Made by a program: the position numbers and the translations under genes
In this document: piece after piece, positions 47,279-59,902 of the stretch
How positions within the stretch are numbered: position 1 is the stretch's first letter
Layout of the letters: every line of letters begins with the position of its first letter
Origin: Gekko japonicus
Taxonomy: Eukaryota
NCBI RefSeq assembly: GCF_001447785.1
Contig: NW_015165371.1
Span: 24,135 to 84,036 of the forward strand
Direction: 5' to 3'
Length of the DNA: 59,902 bases
The notes under the pieces: model-generated
Seen by the model: the letters and a program-made list of their open reading frames with translations, nothing else
What the model was told of the DNA's origin: nothing
The model's database searches: none

Positions 47279-47983
47279 TTTTAGTCCACAGGTGGAAATG
47301 TTATCCACATAAATGCAGTAAAGCATTCAAATTTTTTAAAAATACTCACAATGTCACTGCCCCAATGCACTAGCCAGACATGAGTGTTCAGTAGCCACCC
47401 TTCACTGTGGCATTAGTATAGTGGCATAAATGCTGCTTTAATTGTTTTCGTTGTGATCTCTCTCTAAATTTCTGGTCATATTAATGTACTAAATAAAGAA
47501 ATAAAGGAAAATAAATGTGACTGGACCGGACCTGTGGGAAAAGATTCAGATGATATCCCTGATATTCCTGATAAAATAAATGAATGAACAACGTGAGGTG
47601 AACTTTCATGCATCAGGTTTTGCTCCAGTTGGATATTTTGTCCCCAAGTTGATGGTCAGCAGCATCAGGAGGGGTGGTGGACATGCCCGGACATGGATAG
47701 CCCAGGGAAGCATGATTTTGTCAGATCTCGGAAGCTAAGCAAGGCCGACCCTGGCAAATACTTGGATGGGAGACCTCCAAGGAATACCAAAGCTGGGATG
47801 CAGAGGGAGGCAATAGCAAGCCACCTCTCAGAAATGTTCAAGCCCCACTAGGGGTCACCAGAAGTCAACCATGACTTCCAGGTGCACATGACCACCCAAA
47901 TATGAGGAAGAAAAAGAAGAGGAGGTGGCGGTGAACATGATGGCAGATACATCAGATGGACAATGAGGCAAGACCATGGGACT

Positions 47984-48631
47984 TGGTCTCCAGACCCCTC
48001 AGCATCTTTGTTGCCCTCCTCTGGACAAGTTCTAGCTGGTCCATATCATTTTTTAAATTGTGGTGCCCAAAACTGAACACAATACTCACGGTGAGGTCTA
48101 ACCAGAGCAGAGTAAAGTGATACCATCACTTCACATAGTCTGGCACATACTACTGCCATGACAAGTCTCCTGCATCCTATAATGATGCATTTGATTTTTC
48201 CTATCTAAATGCAGAACGTTACATTCATCCCCACTGAAATTCATTTTCTTTGTTTTAGCCCAGTTTTCCAACCTGTCAAGATCATCTTGTATCCTGACTC
48301 TGTCTTCTACCATGTTTGCAACCCCTCCCAATTTAGTATCATCTGCAAATTTAATAAGCATTCCCTCTATTCCTTCATCCAAATGATTTATAAAGATGTT
48401 GAACAAAACAGGTCCCAGGACAGATCCCTGAGGCACTCCACTTGTCACGCCTCTCTAAGAGGATGAGGAACCATTCACAAGCATTCTTTGGGTGCAATCT
48501 GGCATCCTGGTACAGAGCCACCTAAACGCTGATAGGACCAAAACCACATTTTACCAACTTGTCAACAAGAATATTCTGTGGAACCTTATCAAAAACCTTT
48601 CTGAAATCAAGATAACCTATATCTACAGCAT
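47984..48631 (-). mobile_element. CR1 RT fragment, paralogous to 56722-57833
   Basis: [29 protein letters not shown]. Confidence 0.9.
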
Positions 48632-49278
48632 TGGAGAGCCGGGGCTCTCTTGCTAGGCTGACATTTGACCGCCATTCTGGGAATCAGTAAAGATGTGGCT
48701 GCACAGAAAGTCACCTACTCTGGTGGTTCTGTCAAATCAAATATCTTTGTTCAATCTGCTTGAAATGAAGGAGATCTCTAGATATTGGGAAGGACGGTGT
48801 TCTGTGCAAATTTGGTGTCATTAGCTCTGTTGCTACAGACTATCGTATATATCCCACATTGAAAATAATGCCCCCAAGCTCTGGAACCCTCTAAAACACT
48901 GAGATTTGAATCCAAAGCCATAATATCCTACCCGAGAATAAGCAATCATGGTAACCCTGACCCCCCAGACTTGATATGAAATTATAACTTTTTTTTTCTT
49001 GGCACACACCAATGGTGTCTCACTAATTCCGAAGAGCGATAGGAACTGTTAAGGTTCCTTGTTTTTCTTAAATTTTCATTGAAAATTTCAAAAGCATTAA
49101 TAAATTTCAGAGACATTCTCAAGCAAAACGAAATACCAAGGAAAATTAACCTATTAGTTAAAACTTGAATTAAAAGGTGTAGTCAAAATCTAAACCTTGG
49201 TGAATGATGGGAATCATTTGCCCTGAGGAAAGAAGGAAATGACATTTCCTTGCAATTTCCTGGCCACCTATTCAAGAG

Positions 49279-50247
49279 CTACTTACCAGCCACCCTCCGT
49301 AAAAATATTTTCTCTTTGAGGGGTCCTCCTGTTTTATGGACAGCCCTCCAGAAGGCTTGCTTTACTTCTACGTTCCTTATGGTATAAATGAAAGGGTTCA
49401 GCATGGGGGCCAGGACTGTGTTCAAAACTGCTACCACCTTGCTGAATTGAAAGGAAGAGTGAACATTCGGCCGAATATACAGAAAAGCAATGGCTCCATA
49501 CAAAATTGAAACCACCGTCAAATGAGATGTGCAAGTGGAAAATGCTTTCTTGCGCCCAATCGCTGATGGGATATGCAAAATGGTAGAGATGATGTAAACA
49601 TAGGACACCACAATGAGGAAAAGAGTGATGACCACAAAGGAGATGGCTGACAGCAAGCTCAGGAATTCTAGCAAGTGAGTGTCAGCACAAGACAAACTCA
49701 ACACTGGTCCAAGGTCACAGAAATAATGGTCTAGAACATTTTTTTCACAGAATGGCAGAGTCCACACCAAGACAGCTTGGAAGAAATTATATAGAAATCC
49801 TCCCACCCAGCACCCCACGGCCAACTGAATGCAGACATTTTTGGTCATGATGACTGTGTAGCGAAGTGGCTTACATATGGCAATGTAGCGGTCGAAGGCC
49901 ATTATCGTCAGGAGGAAGAGTTGAATGGCACCAAAGGAGAAGATGAAAAAAATCTGAGCCATGCAGCAACGGTAACAAATGGTGGTCCTCCTACTAGTGA
50001 ATGTCTCCAATAATTTAGGGATCACAATGCTGGTGTAACAGATCTCTAGAAATGCCAGGTTGCACAAGAAGCCATACATGGGTGTTTGGAGTTTCTGGTC
50101 AATCATAACAATAATAAGGATGAATCCATTTCCAAACATGCTTAGGCTGTACATCACCAGAACCACGAAGAAACAGAGGATGTTAGTATTGTAAAACAAA
50201 GGGAAGCCCAAAAGGACAAATTCAGTAACTACTGAGGTATTTGTCAT
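49279..50247 (-). CDS. Olfactory receptor, OR6 family; 322 aa (OR-6)
   Basis: Close paralog of OR-5 and OR-7, all OR motifs intact; NTS sequon. Confidence 0.95.
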   Translation of the reverse strand: MTNTSVVTEFVLLGFPLFYNTNILCFFVVLVMYSLSMFGNGFILIIVMIDQKLQTPMYGFLCNLAFLEICYTSIVIPKLLETFTSRRTTICYRCCMAQIFFIFSFGAIQLFLLTIMAFDRYIAICKPLRYTVIMTKNVCIQLAVGCWVGGFLYNFFQAVLVWTLPFCEKNVLDHYFCDLGPVLSLSCADTHLLEFLSLLSAISFVVITLFLIVVSYVYIISTILHIPSAIGRKKAFSTCTSHLTVVSILYGAIAFLYIRPNVHSSFQFSKVVAVLNTVLAPMLNPFIYTIRNVEVKQAFWRAVHKTGGPLKEKIFLRRVAGK

Positions 50248-52520
50248 AACTATAAATGGACAAGACTACCTTCGGGTATCAGAATGTGTAGGAGAACTTC
50301 CAAGATGACCGTCATATAAAACATTCAGCCAACTGCCTTAAGCCGCAGATTCAGCATATGGTTTCTGTAAGCACAATAAAATAAATAATATTATTAAACA
50401 GACAAGGATGGAAAAAAGTAGAATAGGTTCAATTTGCATAAGTAACAAAAAAATCATACCAATGATATGAGGCTCAAATAAATTAAAAATACCTCTTTTG
50501 GATCGTCCTGATAGTAGGTTTGCCCTGCTAGTGTTTCTTGTGTAGCTATGGAGGATAATCCCTTTGCATCTATTGATCTAGATGAAAAGAATTAAAGACA
50601 CCTGTTTCTTATAAAAAAAATAAGGCAAGATCATCTGGAACTCTAAAATCCTGTGAGAAATTGAGAGGATGAGAAGCACCCATACCGAAGTATCAACCTC
50701 TCCCCCAATAAAACAGCAAAACAAACAAGCAGACAACTACAGACTGTAATTTATTTAAAAATCTGGCACAAATTCTTACAATAAAAATAATAATTAACAG
50801 ATGTATTGGATTGTAAACCTTTCTCACCTTTCTCACTGAAACCAGAAGTGGATTACACAGTATAAACTCATGAAGATGCGTAGCCGTGTTAGTCTGCCTG
50901 TAGCAGCAGAAGAATATGTTATGCTTTTTTCAAATTTTGGAAATCTGAATACTATTACATGCTCATTCATCGTTTTCTTATATTAATAGTGTCAACCATC
51001 ACAGTCTTTATTAAATGTCTCTCCCTCTGGGCTATCATCAGTTTATATTGTAGCAGCAGAAAAGCGTAAAAGTTCATACCCTTCCACAAATTGTGTCCGT
51101 CTTTAAGGGGCTATTAGACTCTTACACCTTTTTGTTTGTTCCATGTGTTGAATGACCCTGTACTAGTACTTGGATTTCCAAAATTTGAAAAAAAGCATAA
51201 CATATTAGGCATGATGTAGTATCATGCCTAATATGCTTTGTTTTTTTCCGGCTCATCTGTTTTTGTGGCTTTCTGCAAATCCCGTTTAAAGGTACTGTGG
51301 TAATTAATTTCATACTCTCCAATTTCTTTTTCTAAGCTACAATGATAGCTTTTAATATAGAATGATGGCTAATTTCAATAAATGCAAAAAATAGATATCC
51401 GTTAACCAGAAGTTCCTCATCTTTCAAAATAATGCGGAGGGATGCAATTTTCTAACTGATGGAACATATTACAAATGGTACCCAATGAGGTACTAGCTCA
51501 CAGCAGGGTTCTGTTGCTGCACTGACAACAAGACAAGTTGTATCCTTCTATGCCCAGTTACTTGGACACTGTTTCTATTGAGTTCAGTGGAGTATGTCAT
51601 TCTCCAGAATATTTTTAGAATAAAAAACGACTACCAGGCAACCATGCTGGAGCCACACATTTGATCATGATGCATAGCATCTTACAAAATTCAATGTAAA
51701 TTAGTTCATTGTCTACTTACTTTGCAACTTATGACATGGACACAGTATTTAAAATGCACTTTCATCTCACTTACCTGAGATAGAAAGGTAGGTGGCAGAC
51801 ACAAACAGATGGTTTGCCATAGTTTGTCTGGCATAGCAATCATGATATTCCTTGGTGGTGTCCCATCCATGTACTAACAAGGAACAACCCTGCTTAGCTC
51901 CCAAGATCTGATGCGACTGGGCTAGCGTGGGCCATCCACATCAGGGCAGTAGGCCAATAGATAAGGACAATGAATGGTAGGTACCAACATCTGTGTACTT
52001 GGCATATGTTTTCAAAACCACTTCTGATGAAATGAAGCAACTATGGCTTCCTTTTTGATGGTACATCCAAGCACGTGCCACTATTTCCCAAAATAATGTC
52101 TCCTGAGAAAAGTTCCCCTAGACTTGTTAAGAACATTAATTAAGCCTTGAAAAATATTTTTTTAAAGTTCTGTTCTCCTAGCGACTAAACCCTCTGCAGT
52201 TTGGATCAGAATTGTGTCTCTTTGTTTAGTTATAACAAAATTGGGCATTAATACACAAAGAGTGGAATATCAGACTGTGTATTCCACTGAAAGATACCTG
52301 AATCCCTCAAGGAGTAGAAGATCAAGAGAACAGTGCTTATGTTCACCAAAAATGGTGGTGAGTGCTAATCTGGAGGTTCTTTTCCTTGGGGATTTTCCTT
52401 GTGTCTGTCATTTTTCTCCCTCGTATAAGAAATACCTGTGCTGAAATATGAAATATTTTACTGTATTCTCATATTGTGATCCTTAAGGTGGATATGTGCT
52501 TTATGTGAATTTATGCAAAA

Positions 52521-53491
52521 CTAGCAGCAAAGCCCGTTGTAAAAGCAATACAACGAGATCTAGAAAGACGTGAGATGTACCTGACAGGCCTGGCTCTGTT
52601 CCCCGCATATCCATGCATGTGAAGGCACCTCTTCACAGCCCCTCAGAATTTTCTTATACATCCTTGTCTCTGTATCCATCTGTCTGCCTTCACAGAGGCA
52701 CCCTGCGGCAATCCACTTCCCCCCCTCCCCAGTGCTCAGGCCTTTGCAGCTCATGGATGTTGGCCTCACCCTCCTCTTTAGCCACCTTGTCCTCTATGGC
52801 GGCGCCCCCCGTCCACTCCACCTGCTGCCCGCCAGGCAAGTGGGGACGACTTGGGGGGAAGTTTCTTATAGTGCCCTGCCCATGTCCCAGTCCCCATCGG
52901 GACTCACAGAGAGCCACCAGCAGGACAGAAGGCCACCCGCACCCCCCACTATCGACAGAAATGCCCTGCAGCCCCTCACCCACCTGGAGCCACTGAGGCG
53001 CGGAGGAGTATGGGGCCAGCCAAAGCAGCAGAGAGGCCACCAGCAGTGGAGTGGGGGGAGTGCCGGGTGAAGAAGCCGAGCCAGGCCCACAGTGCTGTCA
53101 TATCCTGACAGAGCAGTGGTGGGATGATGGTGGCGAGGGCCAAGCCCGCCCTTGGGAGCCCCGGAGGCTCGGGGGGGGGGGGCGAAGAAGCAGCCTGTCA
53201 AGGCGGGCCCGAGTGGGGCGGAACCATGAAGAGCTGCCGGGCTGGGGGAGGAGGCTAGAAGCCAGGGCCCCAGACGAGCGATCTGTCCTCTCTCCTGAGG
53301 TGAAGTTCTCTTCTGAGTTGATTTTTGGTGCATGCTGCTTCTGTGGGCAGGACCCAGGCAATGCAGGCAACAAAGCCACCAATGCATAGAGACACCTTGT
53401 GAGTGACACATCAGGGAACCAACTGATTTGGGAGTGTATGGAATGTTCTTGAGACGTGCCACCTGAAACCACAATTATATATAAGGAGAGA
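52521..53491 (-). mobile_element. Non-autonomous Helitron, 971 bp
   Basis: Minus strand begins TC(TCTCCTTATATATAA) and ends CTAG; subterminal hairpin cgttgta-aaagcaa-tacaacg (52535-52555); inserted between A and T with no TSD; empty site at 45415/45416. Confidence 0.88.
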
Positions 53492-54711
53492 TAGCCTGTT
53501 GTTTGCTCTTACACACCTAAAAGAGCAGTAGAGATAGTTTGGGATGCATAGCCATGTTGGTTTGCAGTAGAAGAAGAAGATCTGAGTCCACTAGCACCTT
53601 TAAAACTGACATAATTTTGTTCATTTATTTAAAGCAAAATGTAACAATACCAATCACATAGTAGACTCTATTGTACCCTATAATAATTGTTTTAGTGAGG
53701 TTAGCTTTGTGTTCCAAGTGAAATCAAATTACCATCATCCAGATTTCTGTGGAGAGCAGACAACATATAAATAAAAGTCTTCTATCCACAAATGCCCTTC
53801 TTCTTGGAATTTTATTTTGTTTCCATGCCGAGCAAAGGTTAATCTAGCAGCTAATATAGTACGTGTCTGTTGTACCGAGGGGCAAAGGGATATCTCCAAT
53901 GTCTGTCATTAAAGTGTATGTATTGGTTTAGTGGTCAGGGGCCCACATACCTTTGGGACCACCTCTCTCAATATGCCCGCAATAGAGCATTATGCTCCGG
54001 TAGCAAAAATCTGCTGGTGGTCCCCAGCCCGAGAGAAATCCAACTGTCTTCAACCACCTGGTAGAACTCTATGATGGAGAACATCTGTGCCCTATGGGAT
54101 TTACTTCCTTTCTACAGGGATTGTAAGGCAGAGATGTTACACCAGGCATTTGGTTGAGGACAGCGATGGGACAGTAAGTCACCTGGCCCTCTTGGGTCTC
54201 CCGCTCCCCCTCACCTGCCCTCAGGAGACTGTGGGAGGTTTCAATTTTTGTCAGAATTTCTCACCACCTCGGAATAGCCTGTTCTATTTATTTTTTTGTG
54301 CTGTATTTTATTACTTGTTTTAACTTAATATAGATAATTTATTTTTCTATTCTGATGAGCCCTGCTTGCAGGGAAGGGTGGCCTAAGAGTCTAAATAATA
54401 AATAAATATCTTCTCCCACAGATAGTGTTGATTCTTCTGATCATTTTCTCTTATGAACCCGTGTGTGCTTAGATTGCCAGATGTTCCTGGAGAAAACAAG
54501 TCATAGGATCCAGTTCAAAGTATTTGTGCAAGGGCCAGGTTGGATGATACTCAATCACCAGCTGGGAGTGTGGGCCAGAAGGAGGCTCAGCTCCAATGAA
54601 GCACATCTGTGAACAGAATGATTCCCACCTACAGTTAGAACAGAGCTCTGTTCTGGGGAGGGGGCTCTTGTCACCAGAATCGACGTTTGAGAAGCTTTCT
54701 GAGCTGAAGTG

Positions 54712-55907
54712 GGAGGAAGGAATCAAGTGAGGGAGGGAGGGAGGGAGGAATCAAGGGAGGAAGGGAGGAATCAAGAGAGGAAGGAATCAAGGGAGGGAGG
54801 GAGGAATCAAGAGAGGAAGGAATCAAGGGAGGGAGGGAGGAATCAAGAGAGGAAGGAATCAAGGGAGGGAGGGAGGAATCAAGAGAGGAAGGAATCAAGG
54901 GAGCGAGGGATGGAGGAATCAAGGGAGGGATGGAGGAATCAATGGAGGAAGGGAGGGAGGNNNNNNNNNNNNNNNNNNNNNNNNNNNNNNNNNNNNNNNN
55001 NNNNNNNNNNNNNNNNNNNNNNNNNNNNNNNNNNNNNNNNNNNNNNNNNNNNNNNNNNNNNNNNNNNNNNNNNNNNNNNNNNNNNNNNNNNNNNNNNNNN
55101 NNNNNNNNNNNNNNNNNNNNNNNNNNNNNNNNNNNNNNNNNNNNNNNNNNNNNNNNNNNNNNNNNNNNNNNNNNNNNNNNNNNNNNNNNNNNNNNNNNNN
55201 NNNNNNNNNNNNNNNNNNNNNNNNNNNNNNNNNNNNNNNNNNNNNNNNNNNNNNNNNNNNNNNNNNNNNNNNNNNNNNNNNNNNNNNNNNNNNNNNNNNN
55301 NNNNNNNNNNNNNNNNNNNNNNNNNNNNNNNNNNNNNNNNNNNNNNNNNNNNNNNNNNNNNNNNNNNNNNNNNNNNNNNNNNNNNNNNNNNNNNNNNNNN
55401 NNNNNNNNNNNNNNNNNNNNNNNNNNNNNNNNNNNNNNNNNNNNNNNNNNNNNNNNNNNNNNNNNNNNNNNNNNNNNNNNNNNNNNNNNNNNNNNNNNNN
55501 NNNNNNNNNNNNNNNNNNNNNNNNNNNNNNNNNNNNNNNNNNNNNNNNNNNNNNNNNNNNNNNNNNNNNNNNNNNNNNNNNNNNNNNNNNNNNNNNNNNN
55601 NNNNNNNNNNNNNNNNNNNNNNNNNNNNNNNNNNNNNNNNNNNNNNNNNNNNNNNNNNNNNNNNNNNNNNNNNNNNNNNNNNNNNNNNNNNNNNNNNNNN
55701 NNNNNNNNNNNNNNNNNNNNNNNNNNNNNNNNNNNNNNNNNNNNNNNNNNNNNNNNNNNNNNNNNNNNNNNNNNNNNNNNNNNNNNNNNNNNNNNNNNNN
55801 NNNNNNNNNNNNNNNNNNNNNNNNNNNNNNNNNNNNNNNNNNNNNNNNNNNNNNNNNNNNNNNNNNNNNNNNNNNNNNNNAGGGAGGGAGGGAGGGAGGG
55901 AGGAAGG
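54712..55907. repeat. Purine-rich tandem repeat (GGAATCAAG / GGGA units) spanning a gap
   Basis: Directly visible; same position as the (AAGG)n tract in unit A. Confidence 0.9.
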
Positions 55908-56721
55908 AGATTGTATTCCTCAGGTCGAAATTTCATCCACAAAAATGCAGTATAGCATTCAAATTAAAAAAACACCCAGAATGTCACTGCCTCAATGCAC
56001 TAGCCAGACTTCAGTGTGCCCTAGCCACCCTTTACTGTGGCATTAGTATAGTGGCATAAATGCTGCTTTAATTGTTTTCGTTGTGTTCTGTTTCTAACTT
56101 TCTGGTCATACTAATGTACCAAATAAAGAAATAAAGTAAAATAAATGTGAAAGGACCAAACTCTGTGGGAAAAGATTCAGATGATATCCCTGATATTCCA
56201 GATAAAATAGAGGGATTAAAAGTGTGAGTTGAACTTTCATGCATCAGGTTTTGCTCCAGTTGGATATATTGTCCACAAGTTGATGGTCAGCAGCATCAGA
56301 AGGGGTGGTGGGCATGCCATGACTTTGATAGCCTAGGCAAGCATGATTTAGTCAGATCTCGAAAGCTAAGCAGGGCCAACCCTGGCTTCTGGAGTTCTGG
56401 CCCCGGTGGTGGACCTCTCCTGATGGCCCCTGGGTTTTGGCCAACATGGCTTCCCTTATGTTCTTATGTATGTCCTTAAGTACTTGGATGGGAGACCTCC
56501 GAGGAATACCAGGGCCGGGACACAGAGGGAGGCAATAGCAAACCACCTCTCTGAAATGTCCAAGGCCCACTAGAGGGTCACCAGAAGTCAACCATGACTT
56601 CCAGGTGCACACACACACACAAATATGAAGACGAATAGGAAGAAGAAGAAGAGGAGGAGGAGGAGGTGGTGGACATGATGGCAGATACATTAGATGGACA
56701 ATGAGGTAAGACCATGGGACT

Positions 56722-57833
56722 TGGTCTCCAGACCCCTCAGCATCTTTGTTGCCCTCCTCTGGACATGCTCCAGCTTGTCTATATTCTTTTGTGCCCAAAA
56801 CTGAACACAATATTCAAGGTGAGGTCTAACTAGAGCAGAGTAAAGTGATTCCATCACTTCACATGGTCTGGCACATACTACTGCCATGACAAGTCTCCTG
56901 CATCCTATAACGATGCATTTGATTTTTCCTATCTAAATGCAGAATGTTACATTTATTATTTATCATTTATTGTTTATTTTATTTATTGCATTTATATCCC
57001 GCCCTCCCTGGAAATGGGCTCAGGGCAGCTTACAATATTTGGTACAATGTACCTAGTCTGCACAAAACATTTAAAACAATTTAAAATAGATTAAAACAGT
57101 CATACATTTAAAATGCTCCCAATACTGGTTATTCCTTCAATTAAACTAATTGGCACGCTCTAAGATGTACCACCAAAGTTCCCAGCTCTGCGATCTTCCG
57201 GCCTTTTGTGAAGATATGGCTTTATCTCCACTCTAGGGCCAGCCCTGTACCACAGATGTTCAAATAGTGGTAGTTGGTGGTAGTGGCGGGCGGCTCCTAA
57301 TTAAAGGCCTGGTGGAAGAGCTCCATCTTGCAGGCCCTGGGGAGCTGTAGAAGGTCCCGCAGGGCCCTGATCTCCTCCGGGAGTTTATTCCACCAGTAAG
57401 GAGCCACCACTGAAAAGGCCCTGGCCCTCTATCCCCATTGAAATTCAAAGCATTTGTTTTAGCCCAGTTCTTCAGCCTGTCAAGACCATCTCGTATCCTG
57501 ACTCTGTCTTCTACTGTATTTGATACCCTCCCAATTTAGTATCATCTGCAAATGTAAGAACCCTTCCCTCTATTTCTTCATCCAAATGGTTTATAAAGAT
57601 GTTGAACAAAACAGGTCCTGGGACAGATCCTTGAGGCACTCCACTTGTCTCTCCACTCCAAGAGGATGAGGAACCATTCATAAGCATTCTTTGGGAGCAA
57701 AGTGACATTCCGTTACAGATCCACCTAAACGTTAATAGGACCAAAACCACATTTTACCAACTTGTCAACAAGAATATTCTGTGGAACCTTATCAAAAGCT
57801 TTACTGAAATCAGGATAACTTATGTCTATAGCA
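56722..57833 (-). mobile_element. CR1 RT fragment interrupted by an L2-type 3' fragment (~56956-57430)
   Basis: [16 protein letters not shown] and [18 protein letters not shown]; the insertion is absent from the unit A copy. Confidence 0.85.
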
Positions 57834-58337
57834 CTAGGGAGCCAGGGCTCTCTTGCTAGGCTATTTGACCACCATGATGGGAATGAGTAAAGATGTGGCT
57901 GCAGAGAAAGTCACCTACTTTGGTGGCTCTGTCAAATGAAACCTCTTTGTTCAATCTTCTTGAAATGACATGAGGCTGTAGATAGGAGGAAGGGACTGTG
58001 TTCTGTGCAAATTTGGCGCCATTATCTTCATAAACAGTTGACCCGGACCCTCTTATATATTCCACATTGAAAATCACAGTCCCAAACTCCATAACTCCCT
58101 AAACCACCCACATCTGAATCCAAAACCATAATGCCATATCCAAGAATAACCCTGCCCTTCCAAGCCTTGATTTGAAACTATAACTTTTTTTCCTTGGCAC
58201 ACACCCTTGGTGTCTAGCAACTCTCAAAAAGTAAGGGAAAAGTTTCCTTGATGAAAGCTGGGAATCACCTTTCTCTTTGCCATGAGGAAAGATGGAAACA
58301 ACATTTCCTTGTAATTTCCTGGCCACCTACTCAAGAG

Positions 58338-59306
58338 CTACTTACCAGCCACCCTCCCCAAGGATATTTTTTCTTTGAGGGGTCCTCCTGTTCTATGGAC
58401 AGCCCTCCAGAAGGCTTGCTTTACTTCTACATTCCTTATGGTATAAATGAAAGGGTTCAGCATGGGGGCCAGGACCGTGTTCAAGACTGCTACCGCCTTG
58501 CTGAAGTGAAAGGAAGAGTGCACATTCGGCCGAATATACATAAAAGCAATGGCTCCGTACAGAATTGAAACCACTGTCAAATGAGATGTGCAAGTGGAAA
58601 ATGCTTTCTTGCGCCCACTCGCTGACGGGATACGCAAAATGGTAGAGATGATGTAAACGTAGGACACCACAATGAGGAAAAGAGTGATGACCACAATGGA
58701 GATGGCCGACAGCAAGCCCAGGAATTCAAGCAAACGAGAGTCAGCACAGGACAAACTCAACACTGGCCCAAGGTCACAGAAATAATGGTCTAGAACATTT
58801 TTTCCACAGAATGGCAGAGTCCATACCAAGACAGCTTGGAAGAAAATATATAGAAATCCTCCCAGCCAGCATCCCACGGCCAACTGGATGCAGACATTTT
58901 TGGTCATGATGACTGTGTAGCGAAGTGGCTTACATATGGCAATGTAGCGGTCGAAGGCCATTATCGTCAGGAGGAAGAGTTGAATGGTGCCAAAGGAGAA
59001 GATGAAAAAAATCTGAGCCATGCAGCAACGGTAACAAATGGTGGTCCTCATACTGATAAAAGTCTCCAATAATTTAGGTATTACAATGCTGGTGTAACAG
59101 ATCTCTAGAAAGGCCAGGTTGCACAAGAATCCATACATGGGTGTTTGGAGTTTCTGGTTAATCATAACAATAATGAGGATGAATCCATTTCCCAGCATGC
59201 TTAGGCTGTACATCATCAGAACCACGGAGAAACAGAGGATGTTCAAGTTGTAAAGCAAAGGGAAGCCCAAAAGGACAAATTCAGTAACTGCTGAGATATT
59301 CGTCAT
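58338..59306 (-). CDS. Olfactory receptor, OR6 family; 322 aa (OR-7)
   Basis: Close paralog of OR-5 and OR-6, all OR motifs intact; NIS sequon. Confidence 0.95.
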   Translation of the reverse strand: MTNISAVTEFVLLGFPLLYNLNILCFSVVLMMYSLSMLGNGFILIIVMINQKLQTPMYGFLCNLAFLEICYTSIVIPKLLETFISMRTTICYRCCMAQIFFIFSFGTIQLFLLTIMAFDRYIAICKPLRYTVIMTKNVCIQLAVGCWLGGFLYIFFQAVLVWTLPFCGKNVLDHYFCDLGPVLSLSCADSRLLEFLGLLSAISIVVITLFLIVVSYVYIISTILRIPSASGRKKAFSTCTSHLTVVSILYGAIAFMYIRPNVHSSFHFSKAVAVLNTVLAPMLNPFIYTIRNVEVKQAFWRAVHRTGGPLKEKISLGRVAGK

Positions 59307-59902
59307 GACTATAAATGGATGAGGCCACCTCAGCTATCAGAATGTGTAGGAGAACTTCCAAGATGACTGTCATATAAAACATTCAGCCAACTGCCGTAAG
59401 CCGCAGATTCAGCATATAGTTTGTCTAAATACAATAAAATAAATAGCATGATAAAACAGAAAGGATGCAAAAATAAAGAACAATAGGTTCAATTTGCATA
59501 AGTAACAAACAAAATCATACCAGGGTTTTGAGGCTCAAATAAAATAAAAATTTCTGTTTTGGATCATCTTGATAGTAGTTTTTTCTCAGTTAGTGTTTCC
59601 TGAGTACCTATGGAGGAGAATCCCATTTCATCTGTTGATCAGGATAAAAAGAAGTAAATAAAGCTGTTCCTTATTAGAAATGACAAGATCATCTGAAATG
59701 CTAAAATCCAGGGAGAAACTGAGAGAATGAGAATTTCAGAAGCACCCATACCTAAGTATCAAACTCTCCCCCAATAAAACAGCAAAACAAACAAGCAGAC
59801 AACTACAGACTGTAATTTATTTAAAAATCTGGCACAAATTCTTACAATAAAAATAATAATTAACAGATGTATTGGTTTTTAAACCTTTCTCAGCTTTCTC
59901 AC

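Larger units (their letters stand above)
43021..50840. repeat. Segmental duplication unit A (contains OR-6), paralogous to 51281-59902
   Basis: Collinear shared unique sequence and shared TE remnants from gtttaaaggtactgtggtaattaatttc to aaacctttctca. Confidence 0.9.
51281..59902. repeat. Segmental duplication unit B (contains OR-7)
   Basis: Collinear with 43021-50840. Confidence 0.9.

Noticed and set aside
52613-53474. Several overlapping ORFs of 110-200 aa
   Set aside because: GC-rich Helitron interior with few stop codons and no recognisable protein motifs.
54352-54385. CTGATGA followed by hairpin GCCCTG-CTTG-CAGGG (also ~46775) resembling a hammerhead
   Set aside because: No GAAA or NUH follows; it is the decayed 3' hairpin of an L2-type element.
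54671-56046. Long ORFs of 341-445 aa (also 16186-17130 and 4819-5454)
   Set aside because: Artefacts of N-gaps, simple repeats and SINEs.

Overview
Eukaryotic (squamate, very probably gecko, judged from its SINE families) genomic DNA with seven assembly gaps. It holds a tandem cluster of seven intact single-exon class II olfactory receptor genes of the OR6 family (OR6X1-like), all on the minus strand. The last three are recent paralogs in duplicated units of about 8 kb. Intergenic DNA is dense in transposons: Squam3-like, Sauria and 5S-derived SINEs; CR1, L2 and Bov-B LINE fragments; hAT and PIF/Harbinger MITEs; a degraded DIRS/Ngaro element; Penelope-like relics; and a non-autonomous Helitron. 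Most notable: (1) a 296-bp TSD-flanked foldback element with two identical, intact minimal type I hammerhead ribozymes on opposite strands; (2) a Helitron whose empty site survives in the paralogous unit; (3) paralogous non-coding blocks with O/E (EBF) and homeodomain motifs that look like OR promoters or enhancers; (4) a splice-donor consensus overlapping the stop codon of the three youngest ORs, plus a duplicated in-phase C-terminal piece. Repeat family names come from recalled motifs, not database searches. I see no clearly new multi-gene system.
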